Assembly (NCBI GenBank): GCA_947481985.1
Contig: CANKIK010000006.1
Coordinates: 13,382 to 77,381, forward strand
DNA from: Planctomycetaceae bacterium
GTDB taxonomy: Bacteria > Planctomycetota > Planctomycetia > Pirellulales > UBA1268
Direction: 5' to 3'
Length of the DNA: 64,000 nucleotides
In this document: positions 28,929 through 37,060 of the stretch, in pieces
Layout: every line of letters starts with the position of its first letter
How positions within the stretch are numbered: position 1 is the first letter of the stretch
The notes under the pieces: model-generated
The model's database searches: none
Told to the model about the DNA's origin: nothing
What the model saw: the letters and a program-made list of their open reading frames with translations, nothing else
Translations under genes and position numbers: made by a program

Positions 28929-29716
28929 CAAACCGGTGCGGGCGGCGGGGGAATGACAACGGCCGCAGCGGCCTCCCGCACCAACCGCCGATCAACCTTT
29001 CCCAGTCGGTCGCCCGCTGTCTCACCATTGAAACATACGGCGGAGCGGAGTGCGACTACATCAGCGCCGGTCGCGGCCGCGAGGCCTGCCTCCTGGAGGG
29101 ACAACTTCCCCGCCACCGCCACCGGCAGCCCCGCTCCATGGGCCAAGGCCACCCACCGCCGCACTTCCTCCTGCCTGGCGTGGCCAAAGAGCCCGGGCCC
29201 AGACTTCCCAAAAGTGTCGATGAGCACGCCAGTGCAGCCAACCCTCAAGCCCGCAGCGATCACCTGCTCAGGGGGAGGCGCGCCCACCGGGCCCCAGTCG
29301 GCGTAGGCGACCGCCACCAGACCCGTTCCGGCGGGCAGGCCGCCGGCAATCGTTCTCAGGGCGGCCTCCCAACCACGGCCAGCGGTCGCGGAGAGCCCAG
29401 CCTTCACGGCCGCTGGCTGCCGGGCACCTGGCGGAAGTTGCGCACAGACCGCCGCGACATAGTCGAGAATCCCACGTGTGCAAAGCGCCAAGGAAACCCC
29501 TTCCAAGGGGCTGGCGTCGGCCAGTTCGCCGCAGGCGTGCGTCCAGGGGACGGTGCCTCCGACCGCGGCGGCGATGGTGGCGATGGTGGCAGGCGCGGCA
29601 GCCCCGAGTGGCCCGGCGAGCGGTTCCTTGACATCAATGATCGACGCCCCGCCTGCCAGCGCCTCCGCCACCTCGGCCGCATCGCGCACGCTGACCAACA
29701 ACCCCTTCCACTTCAC
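28928..29716 (-). CDS. mfnB: (5-formylfuran-3-yl)methyl phosphate synthase (MfnB/DUF556, methanofuran-type cofactor biosynthesis)
   Basis: LLVSVRDAAEVAEALAGGASIIDVKEPLAGPLGAA (Schiff-base Lys context IDVKxP), AVKAGL, VLIDTFGKSG, VAGKLSL, VALRSAVC. A GTG start at 29716 gives a GTGA overlap with the upstream gene's stop. Confidence 0.75.
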   Translation of the reverse strand: MKWKGLLVSVRDAAEVAEALAGGASIIDVKEPLAGPLGAAAPATIATIAAAVGGTVPWTHACGELADASPLEGVSLALCTRGILDYVAAVCAQLPPGARQPAAVKAGLSATAGRGWEAALRTIAGGLPAGTGLVAVAYADWGPVGAPPPEQVIAAGLRVGCTGVLIDTFGKSGPGLFGHARQEEVRRWVALAHGAGLPVAVAGKLSLQEAGLAAATGADVVALRSAVCFNGETAGDRLGKVDRRLVREAAAAVVIPPPPAPV

Positions 29717-30342
29717 CGGACCGCCTCCGCTGGACCCCGCAGAGTCGTTCTCTCGATGGGCACCGCCGCCCGCTTCGCCGCGGTCAGATCGCGATTGAGC
29801 CGTCGTACCAGATCGACCGACAGCGGCTCGCACCACCGGCCTTCGAAGACCACTGATCCGTCCTTCCATGTGCCCCATGCAGGTAAGGTGGGGCGCGCGT
29901 GAAAGTCGGTGGACCGCTCGGCAATTCGCATGACAAGCGTCCGCACTCGGTTGCCGCCGGTCGAATCGTCACCCGGTGCTGGAGGCTCAAGCCGACTCCC
30001 GAGGAAAAAACACTCTACCGCTTCCAGCGGGACGACCTCCATCCGCAGCGGGGCCAGTCGGACCAGGATCCGACGACAACCGCTCGCCACCCGGGGCCGC
30101 ATGGCGACCATCAGCCAGCCTCCACCGAGCAAGAAGAGCAGGGTCGCCAGTCCTCCCACCATCAAGCGAGATGCCCCACCGAGCGGCCAGAGGATGGCCA
30201 CGCTCACCAGCAAAGCCCCCGTCAGTCCGAACGCAGCCGCCACCAGGCGCCCCGGCAGCGGGTTGCCGCGCAGCCACACCCGTTCCTCGGCATGCACTGG
30301 GAGCGATAGAACGGCGGGATCGTGATCGCAACAGACAGTCAT
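29713..30342 (-). CDS. hypothetical membrane protein (two predicted TM helices)
   Basis: LVAAAFGLTGALLVSVAILWPLGG and LMVGGLATLLFLLGGGWLMVAM. Translationally coupled to mfnB. ATG at 30342 (alternative GTG at 30387). Confidence 0.5.
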   Translation of the reverse strand: MTVCCDHDPAVLSLPVHAEERVWLRGNPLPGRLVAAAFGLTGALLVSVAILWPLGGASRLMVGGLATLLFLLGGGWLMVAMRPRVASGCRRILVRLAPLRMEVVPLEAVECFFLGSRLEPPAPGDDSTGGNRVRTLVMRIAERSTDFHARPTLPAWGTWKDGSVVFEGRWCEPLSVDLVRRLNRDLTAAKRAAVPIERTTLRGPAEAVR

Positions 30343-30672
30343 GGCTGCATTGGCGGAGACGGTACCGAGCTTCGGCTTCCAGGGCACAGTGCGCTTTCCT
30401 CCTGCGCCGGTCTATTTTACCATCACCGCCGCAGCACTGGTGGGCATCACTGTGGGCGGCTCAATCGCTGAACAAGAACGACCAGTAGGCTTTCGAATCG
30501 ATGGCCTCAAGCGGCCGCACGAGACGATTGCGACTGTGGACCACTGAACAAAACGGAGGTTTTTTCAGTGGTGTTCCGGGTGGTGTTCCCAGTGAAATAA
30601 CGTCAGGGATGACTTTTTTCTCGCTGCTTTGAGCCCGGATTCCCGAAACCCTCCGCCTCCAGAAGGCCAGCC

Positions 30673-32271
30673 ATGCACGACCTACCCTCCGTAGCCGCCC
30701 CCCCTCCGCCGGGCTCCGGAAGGTCCGGATGGCGAGCCGAGAGCCTCCTCGTGGCGATCCTAGCGGGCTACATCCTCGCCTGCCTCGCCGGCTGGCCGCA
30801 GGCAGGACGTGATCGGTTGGTGGCCCATCAGCACGCCGCCGCTTTGCACTCAGGCGGCCGAGCCCCTCTGGATCAGGGTGAGCCCGAACCCCATCAAGAT
30901 ACCGTTGCTGCGCCCCCACCGCTGACGACGCTCCCCTTTGTGCTCCTGCTCGCGGCGATCGCAGTCTTCCCGCTCGCCCCCCGTATCACCCACTGGTGGG
31001 AGCACAACTCGAGCAAACTCCTCGTGGCCGGGCTGCTGGCAGCGCTGACCCTCTCCTACTACGCCTTTCTGCATCCCGACGCTGTCGATCTCCACTTCCC
31101 GGCGCACGCCGTCGTGCCGCCGTCGGCCGGGGGACCATCGTGGGCCACAGCGGGCGCCGTGCTCGCCAACGCTCTGCTTGCCGAATACGTGCCATTCATC
31201 ACCCTCCTCTTCGCACTCTACTGCGTCACCGGCGGCGTGCGAATCGAGGGGGATCTGATCGCGTCACCGCGGACAAACACCTCGTTCCTGGCAATCGGTG
31301 CGTTGTTGGCAAGTTTCATCGGCACCACCGGCGCAGCGATGCTCCTGGTGCGACCGCTGCTCGAGACCAACAAGGAGCGGAAGCACGTTGCCCACACGCT
31401 GGTGTTTTTCATCTTTATCGTCTGCAACTGTGGTGGCTGCCTGCTGCCGATCGGTGATCCACCGCTCTTCCTGGGGTATCTGGAGGGGGTCGATTTTCTC
31501 TGGACGCTCTCGCTGTGGAAGCCCTGGCTGCTCACCAACGGGCTGTTGCTAGCGATCTACTTTCTCTGGGACACCTGCTTCGCCCATCCCCGCGAGACAG
31601 CCCGCGACATCGCCCGCGACGAGCGTCAGTCGACGCCGCTTTCGATCCGCGGCCTGTGGCCCAATCTCCCCCTGATGGCGGCGGTGATCGCCGCGGTCGC
31701 CCTCCTCGATCCCGCCAAGCCTTTCCCTGGGACAGCCTGGCATCCGTGGGTATTCCTCCGCGAGGCGCTGCTGGTGGGGATCGTCCTGGTGTCGCTCCTC
31801 CGGGGTGACAAGCGGATCCGCGCCGACAACGGCTTCACCTACGGCGCGATCCTCGAGGTAGCAGCACTTTTCCTGGGGATCTTTATCTGCATGCAGCCGG
31901 CTCTGGCCATCCTCCACGAGCGGGGAGCGACGCTTGGACTATCGAGCCCCCGGTCGTTCTTCTGGGCCACCGGAGCCCTGTCCAGCGTCCTCGACAACGC
32001 CCCGACCTACCTCGTGTTCTTCAAGGCGGCCCAGGCATTACCCTCGCCAGGGCCCACGATGGCCGGGGTGGAAGTGGGCCGTCTGGCTGCGGTGAGCCTC
32101 GGGTCGGTATTCTTGGGGGCCATGACCTACATCGGCAACGGCCCGAACTTCATGGTCAAGGCGATCGCCGAACAAGCGGGAGTGAGGATGCCGAGTTTCT
32201 TCGGCTACCTGCTCTACAGTTTTGGCGTCCTCCTGCCGGTGTTCGTGTTCGTATCGCTCTTCCTTCTTTAG
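30673..32271 (+). CDS. polytopic ion transporter (sodium:proton antiporter / ArsB-NhaD-type permease superfamily)
   Basis: 532 aa with more than 10 hydrophobic segments (LPFVLLLAAIAVFPL, YVPFITLLFALYCVTGG, LVFFIFIVCNCGGCLLPIGDPP, LDNAPTYLVFF, GNGPNFMVK). Family assigned by pattern only. Confidence 0.65.
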   Translation: MHDLPSVAAPPPPGSGRSGWRAESLLVAILAGYILACLAGWPQAGRDRLVAHQHAAALHSGGRAPLDQGEPEPHQDTVAAPPPLTTLPFVLLLAAIAVFPLAPRITHWWEHNSSKLLVAGLLAALTLSYYAFLHPDAVDLHFPAHAVVPPSAGGPSWATAGAVLANALLAEYVPFITLLFALYCVTGGVRIEGDLIASPRTNTSFLAIGALLASFIGTTGAAMLLVRPLLETNKERKHVAHTLVFFIFIVCNCGGCLLPIGDPPLFLGYLEGVDFLWTLSLWKPWLLTNGLLLAIYFLWDTCFAHPRETARDIARDERQSTPLSIRGLWPNLPLMAAVIAAVALLDPAKPFPGTAWHPWVFLREALLVGIVLVSLLRGDKRIRADNGFTYGAILEVAALFLGIFICMQPALAILHERGATLGLSSPRSFFWATGALSSVLDNAPTYLVFFKAAQALPSPGPTMAGVEVGRLAAVSLGSVFLGAMTYIGNGPNFMVKAIAEQAGVRMPSFFGYLLYSFGVLLPVFVFVSLFLL

Positions 32272-32285
32272 GGTCCCCCATCCGC

Positions 32286-33536
32286 GTGCCCCACACCAGA
32301 CCATCCGACAGCTTTGACCACGTCACCACCGACTCCCAACTGGCAGACTTAGTGGATCGGCTGGCCCAGCACTCGTTTGTCGCTTTCGACACCGAGTTTG
32401 TCTCCGAACACACCTACCGCAGCCAGTTGTGCCTCATGCAGGTGGCGGCTCCGGGCATCCTGGCGGTCATCGACACGCTCAAGGTGCCGGAATTGAAACC
32501 GTTCTGGAACCTGCTCACGGAGCCAAACCGGACCACCGTGGTGCATGCGGGGCGCGAGGAGATGGGCTTCATTCTCCACGCGATTTCTGCGCGGCCCTCC
32601 AAACTGTTCGATGTCCAGCTCGCCGCGGGTCTGGTCGACCACGACTACCCGGCGGGCTACGCCTCGATCGTCCGCCGATTCTTAAATCTCCCCACCAACA
32701 AAGGCGAGACGCGGACCGACTGGCGGCAGCGTCCCCTCTCCCAAGCCCAACTCGACTACGCACTCGACGACGTCCGGCACCTGGAGAAGATCTGGCGGAA
32801 GATCGAGGGAAAGCTCGATGCGCTCGGCCGCACCGCCTGGATGGAGGAGGAGATGGCCAGTTGGCAGGCCGAGGTCGAGGAGTCGTTTATCCGCAAACGC
32901 TGGCGCCGTGTCTCGGGGCTCTCGGGGCTGTCGCGGCGTGAATTGGCCGTGGCCCGCGAACTGTGGCACTGGCGTGATGCAGTCGCCGAATCGCGCGACA
33001 TGCCCCCCAAGCGCGTCCTCCGCGACGATCTGCTGGTGGAACTGTGCAAGCGGAAGAGCCCCGACCCCAATCAGATCTCAGCTATCCGTGGCATGCAGCG
33101 GTCCGATCTGCGGCACATCCTCGGCGGCCTCTCGGAGGCCATCGAACGGGGGCTGGCCCTGCCGGAAGACGAATGCCCCGGAGGGGAGAAGTTCAGTGCT
33201 CCACCGCCGCAATTGGCAGTCCTCGGCCAATTCATGGCCACGGCCCTCGCCGGCGTCTGCCGGCAGATGCAACTCGCTCCGGCGCTGGTGGGCACAGCGT
33301 CAGACATGCGCGATCTGCTGGCGCACAAGCTCGGCTACCACGCCGGCGATCGCGATCCGCTGCTGGCCTCCGGCTGGCGGGCGGAAGTCGTCGGTCCACT
33401 CGTCGACGATCTCCTCAGCGGACGGGCCGCGCTCCGCATCGGCGACCTCCGTTCACACGATCCCCTCGTCATTGAACGTTTCGAATCTGGCAGCGGGACA
33501 TCTCCTCTGCCCCCCACGCCCCCCACGCCCCTCTAG
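32286..33536 (+). CDS. rnd: ribonuclease D (DEDD 3'-5' exonuclease plus HRDC)
   Basis: FVAFDTEFVSEHTYRSQLCLMQVA, VVHAGREEM, TDWRQRPLSQAQLDYALDDVRHL. HRDC-like region LAVARELWHWRDAVAESRDMPPKRVLRDDLLVELC. GTG start at 32286. Confidence 0.85.
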   Translation: MPHTRPSDSFDHVTTDSQLADLVDRLAQHSFVAFDTEFVSEHTYRSQLCLMQVAAPGILAVIDTLKVPELKPFWNLLTEPNRTTVVHAGREEMGFILHAISARPSKLFDVQLAAGLVDHDYPAGYASIVRRFLNLPTNKGETRTDWRQRPLSQAQLDYALDDVRHLEKIWRKIEGKLDALGRTAWMEEEMASWQAEVEESFIRKRWRRVSGLSGLSRRELAVARELWHWRDAVAESRDMPPKRVLRDDLLVELCKRKSPDPNQISAIRGMQRSDLRHILGGLSEAIERGLALPEDECPGGEKFSAPPPQLAVLGQFMATALAGVCRQMQLAPALVGTASDMRDLLAHKLGYHAGDRDPLLASGWRAEVVGPLVDDLLSGRAALRIGDLRSHDPLVIERFESGSGTSPLPPTPPTPL

Positions 33537-33560
33537 CCTCTCTGGGAGTTCCAACGAACC

Positions 33561-34289
33561 ATGAATCTCCTCCGCTGCTCAAGTGCCCTCCGGGGCTTGG
33601 TTGCGCTCCTCGTGCTCATGGTATTGAGCATCAGCGCCGGGTTCGGCATCGTCACCCCGGTACTCGGTGACGAACCGGCCTGGCAAGAGTGGTTTGAGGA
33701 TGGATCGCTCGAGCGATTCCGGATCGTCAGCGGCACCGCCACCTATACGGTAATCGACGGCGTCCTTGTCGGCACCACGGCCGAAGGGAGCCCAAACACG
33801 TTCCTCGCCACCAAGGCACCGCTGCAGGATTTCGAACTGGAGTTCGAGGTCAAGGTCGATAACGAACTCAACTCCGGGGTTCAGGTCCGCAGCCATCTCG
33901 CCAAAGAGGGGGAGAAGCCAGAGGGTGCCGGAGGCCCGCTGCCGGCCGACCGGCTTTACGGTCCGCAGTGCGAGATCTCGATCGACGGCCACGCCGGCAA
34001 CTTCTACGACGAGGCCCGCCGCGGGGTCTGGTGGAGCGGCCTGACCGGCACCGATTCGATCCGCACCGACGCTGCCAAGGCTGCCTTCAAAAAGGGGGAA
34101 TGGAACGCCTACCGGATCGTGGTCGTGGGGGATCACTTTCAAAGTTGGATCAACGGTGTCCCCACTGCCGATTTCCGCCAAGCGAATGACCCGGAAGGGC
34201 ACATTGGGTTTCAGGTGCATGGCATCGGCAAGGGCACTGGTCCCTACTCGGTCCGCTGGCGGAAAGTTCGCGTCAAGGCACTGAACTGA
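33561..34289 (+). CDS. secreted DUF1080 (3-keto-disaccharide hydrolase-like, concanavalin fold) protein
   Basis: Signal peptide, then DFELEFEVKVDNELNSGVQVRS, GPQCEISIDGHAGNFYDE, WNAYRIVVVGDHFQSWINGV, GHIGFQVHG...VRWRKVRVKAL. Confidence 0.8.
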   Translation: MNLLRCSSALRGLVALLVLMVLSISAGFGIVTPVLGDEPAWQEWFEDGSLERFRIVSGTATYTVIDGVLVGTTAEGSPNTFLATKAPLQDFELEFEVKVDNELNSGVQVRSHLAKEGEKPEGAGGPLPADRLYGPQCEISIDGHAGNFYDEARRGVWWSGLTGTDSIRTDAAKAAFKKGEWNAYRIVVVGDHFQSWINGVPTADFRQANDPEGHIGFQVHGIGKGTGPYSVRWRKVRVKALN

Positions 34290-34340
34290 TCCATCGCCAT
34301 CGGGGCCACCGGACGGCCCTGTTCAACGGCAAGGGAAGCC

Positions 34341-35111
34341 ATGGCCAGCCAAAACCGATCATCCTCACCGCAGCGAGTTTCCACTTCGCATTTGGCCGGC
34401 GTGCAGACCTCCGCGCCCGGCGCTAGCCAGAAGCCCAGCGGAAAAGTTGTCGCCCCCGGGCCGTCCCACCGCACCGCGCGGGAAGCCTCCGGGAAGGTGA
34501 TCACAGCGCCTGACGATTGGGTGCTCCTCGAGCCCGGCGACGCCGCACTGACGCGCCGCGTGAAGGCGGCGGGCGACCACTGGGTGGTGGAGGAGAAGCA
34601 CGGCAGGCGGAACTTCTCCCGCGGGGTGTGGGCTCCAGAGGCAACGGTGGAGCGCATCCGGCAGGCACTGATCGCGGAACGATCAACCGATGCCTGGGCG
34701 AAAAAGCAGGCCGCGGCGGCACGGCGACGCGAGTCGGAGCAGACGGAGTATGTCGGCGACTTCCAGACGGCGGTGCTCGCCTTCCTGTCCTTCAACGACA
34801 GGTATGCCGACCGGGCCCTGCGGCTGGCGCGCGTGGTCACCGCGCATGCCACGCCCGTGGGAAGTGGCACCGTGGCCCGCACGGAGCGAATTCCGATCGA
34901 ACGCCGCGCGGAGGCAGCGGTGATCGCCTGGCTGCGGCACCAGACGACCGCCTACGATCAGATGAAGATTCCGCGGGTCAAGGGGAAGCGGCGCGAGGTG
35001 CGGCGGATGCTTGCCGACCGTTCGCGCAGCCTCCTTGCCCGCTACCGCGACGGTGCTCCACTTCAGCCCGGCTGCCCGCTTGCCACAGCGATCGACGCCC
35101 TCTCTGGATGA
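34341..35111 (+). CDS. DUF2293-like protein
   Basis: C-terminal block GTVARTERIPIERRAEAAVIAWLRHQTTAYDQMKIPRVKGKRREVRRMLADRS matches the DUF2293 pattern as remembered. The opposite-strand ORF (34244-34882) looks spurious. Confidence 0.65.
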   Translation: MASQNRSSSPQRVSTSHLAGVQTSAPGASQKPSGKVVAPGPSHRTAREASGKVITAPDDWVLLEPGDAALTRRVKAAGDHWVVEEKHGRRNFSRGVWAPEATVERIRQALIAERSTDAWAKKQAAAARRRESEQTEYVGDFQTAVLAFLSFNDRYADRALRLARVVTAHATPVGSGTVARTERIPIERRAEAAVIAWLRHQTTAYDQMKIPRVKGKRREVRRMLADRSRSLLARYRDGAPLQPGCPLATAIDALSG

Positions 35112-35121
35112 CGATGCCCTT

Positions 35122-35616
35122 ATGCATCCAGCCGCCATCGCTGCCGACGACCTCCTCCAAGCCTGCACGGAGACACGCACGAAGCGGAGCGGCCCCGGCG
35201 GCCAGCATCGCAACAAGGTGGAAACGGCAGTCATCCTTCATCACGATCAGACCGGCGTGTCGGCGGAGGCATCGGAGCGGCGGAGCCAGGCCGCCAACCG
35301 TCGCGTGGCCCTCTTCCGGCTGCGTCTCAGACTGGCGCTGGAGCATCGTCAGGCCCCGGAGCCCGAGCCATCGTGGCTGTGGCAATCGCGTGTGCGTGAT
35401 GGCAGGCTGGCCATCGCCATCGACCACGATGACTATCCCGCGCTCGTCGCCGAGGCCCTCGACCGGCTCGTGGCCGTGAATCTCGACATGCCCACGGCGG
35501 CCGCCGCGTTTGCCATCACACCCACCCAACTCGGCCGGCTGTTCGAAAAAGCACCGGCTGCCTGGCAGAAGCTCAACCAACTCCGCTCGACTGCAGGGAT
35601 GAAGCCTCTGCGCTGA
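35122..35616 (+). CDS. peptide-chain-release-factor-like GGQ-domain protein (class I RF domain only) with an unrelated C-terminal extension
   Basis: RTKRSGPGGQHRNKVETAVILHHDQTGV...SERRSQAANRRVALFRLR, then ~80 aa (DHDDYPALVAEALDRLVAVNLDMPTAAAAFAITPTQLGRLFEKAP...). ATG at 35122. Confidence 0.75.
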   Translation: MHPAAIAADDLLQACTETRTKRSGPGGQHRNKVETAVILHHDQTGVSAEASERRSQAANRRVALFRLRLRLALEHRQAPEPEPSWLWQSRVRDGRLAIAIDHDDYPALVAEALDRLVAVNLDMPTAAAAFAITPTQLGRLFEKAPAAWQKLNQLRSTAGMKPLR

Positions 35617-35723
35617 TCTCGGCTCCTCAAACGTGTGCGCCCGCCACAGGGGGGAGGAACGCTCCAGTGCCCCGGGCCCCTGGACGGCCGAGAGGGCCGA
35701 TCCCGCCGCTCACGAGCCGTCCG

Positions 35724-36338
35724 TCAGGGTCTGCCGCGAGGCGGACGGAATGTCCTCCTGCTGCTTGCAGCCCTGCTTCGTACGACACACCCCTCTGCAT
35801 GGTCGTTGACGAGCCCCATGGCCTGCATGAAGGCATAGACGGTCGTCGGGCCGACAAACTTCCATCCCTGTTTCTTCAATGCCTTGGAGAGTGCGATCGA
35901 TTCGACCGCTGTCGAGGCCGTGTGTGGGTGGGCAGCCCTCGGCTTCGGTTCGAACCGCCAAACGTAGGCCGCGAACGACCCTTCCCTCTCGATGAGTTCG
36001 CCGACACGGTTGGCGTTGTTGACGACCGCCTCAATCTTGCCCCGGTGCCGCACGATCCCTTCGTCCTGCAGCAACCGGCCGATGTCTCTCTCCGTGAATC
36101 GTGCCACCCTGGTGTAGTCGAAGCCCTCGAATGCTCTGCGGAAGTTCTCCCGTTTGGCAAGGATCGTGCGCCAACTCAAGCCCGATTGAAATCCCTCGAG
36201 AGAGAGCTTCTCGAAGAGCCGGACGTCATCATCGACGGGGAATCCCCACTCGGTGTCGTGATAGCGCAGGTATTCGGCTGTTGCGGCGCACCAGTGGCAA
36301 CGGGTCTTTCCGTCGGCGCCAACGATGATGGCAGTCAT
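35724..36338 (-). CDS. tag: DNA-3-methyladenine glycosylase I
   Basis: RCHWCAATAEYLRYHDTEWGFPV, FEKLSLEGFQSGLSWRTILAKRENFRRAF, GIVRHRGKIEAVVNNA, VGPTTVYAFMQAMGLVNDH. ATG at 36338 (the ORF opens at 36356). Confidence 0.85.
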   Translation of the reverse strand: MTAIIVGADGKTRCHWCAATAEYLRYHDTEWGFPVDDDVRLFEKLSLEGFQSGLSWRTILAKRENFRRAFEGFDYTRVARFTERDIGRLLQDEGIVRHRGKIEAVVNNANRVGELIEREGSFAAYVWRFEPKPRAAHPHTASTAVESIALSKALKKQGWKFVGPTTVYAFMQAMGLVNDHAEGCVVRSRAASSRRTFRPPRGRP

Positions 36339-36483
36339 GAGAGTGGACCGGTCCAACGCGTCGGCGAGGATGAATCCCAGGGCTTGTTCACCGCGGCCCG
36401 GCGGCAGGTGGGAGAAACGAAACGTCCGGTGGACATGCTTTCGGCGTCACATGCAGTCTGGCGGAGCGCGATACCAGTCCGGC

Positions 36484-36777
36484 CTAGTCGATCGCCTCGA
36501 TGATCCGGATGTCCCGATCGACGGCGTCGCCCAAGGCGCGAAGCGCTTCCTGGTAGGCGGGGCTGTCGTGGGCGGCGACCGCCTTGGCGACGCTGTCGAA
36601 TTCCATGAGCACGGTGCGTTCCCGGAGCCCCGCTTCATAGACCTGGGCCGGGTTCCCCCGGGCGAGCGTCCTCGCGCCGGCTGCCTGGAGCGCGGGAACG
36701 GCGATCGCTGCATAGGCAGCGAGCGCTTCAGGGTCGCGAATCGAGCGGTAGGTGGTGATCCAATAGGCTTTGGGCAT
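36484..36777 (-). CDS. DUF1330-family protein
   Basis: 97 aa: MPKAYWITTYRSIRDPEALAAYAAIAVPALQAAGARTLARG...VLMEFDSVAKAVAAHDSPAYQEALRAL. ATG at 36777 confirmed. Confidence 0.75.
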   Translation of the reverse strand: MPKAYWITTYRSIRDPEALAAYAAIAVPALQAAGARTLARGNPAQVYEAGLRERTVLMEFDSVAKAVAAHDSPAYQEALRALGDAVDRDIRIIEAID

Positions 36778-37060
36778 GGAGCGATGACCATCGAGACGGG
36801 AAAGTGGGCACAGAGGGGCGCGAACGATCCCCATATTCGCAAAAGAATACCAAGATCCTCGCAACGGGCGGCGCACAATCCGGCGCCCTTCCCGACGATC
36901 TGTCACCGCCTGCCCGATGCCGTCCGGGCTGGGATCGTGGCCACCGGTAGGCCCGAAGGCTTCCAAACTCGGTCCCACTCAGCCCCTTCTGGCCAGGCAA
37001 GAGGATGGCGGTGGTGGACGCAGACTCTCAAACCCGCTGCTCCAGTCCATCCACTGCCTG

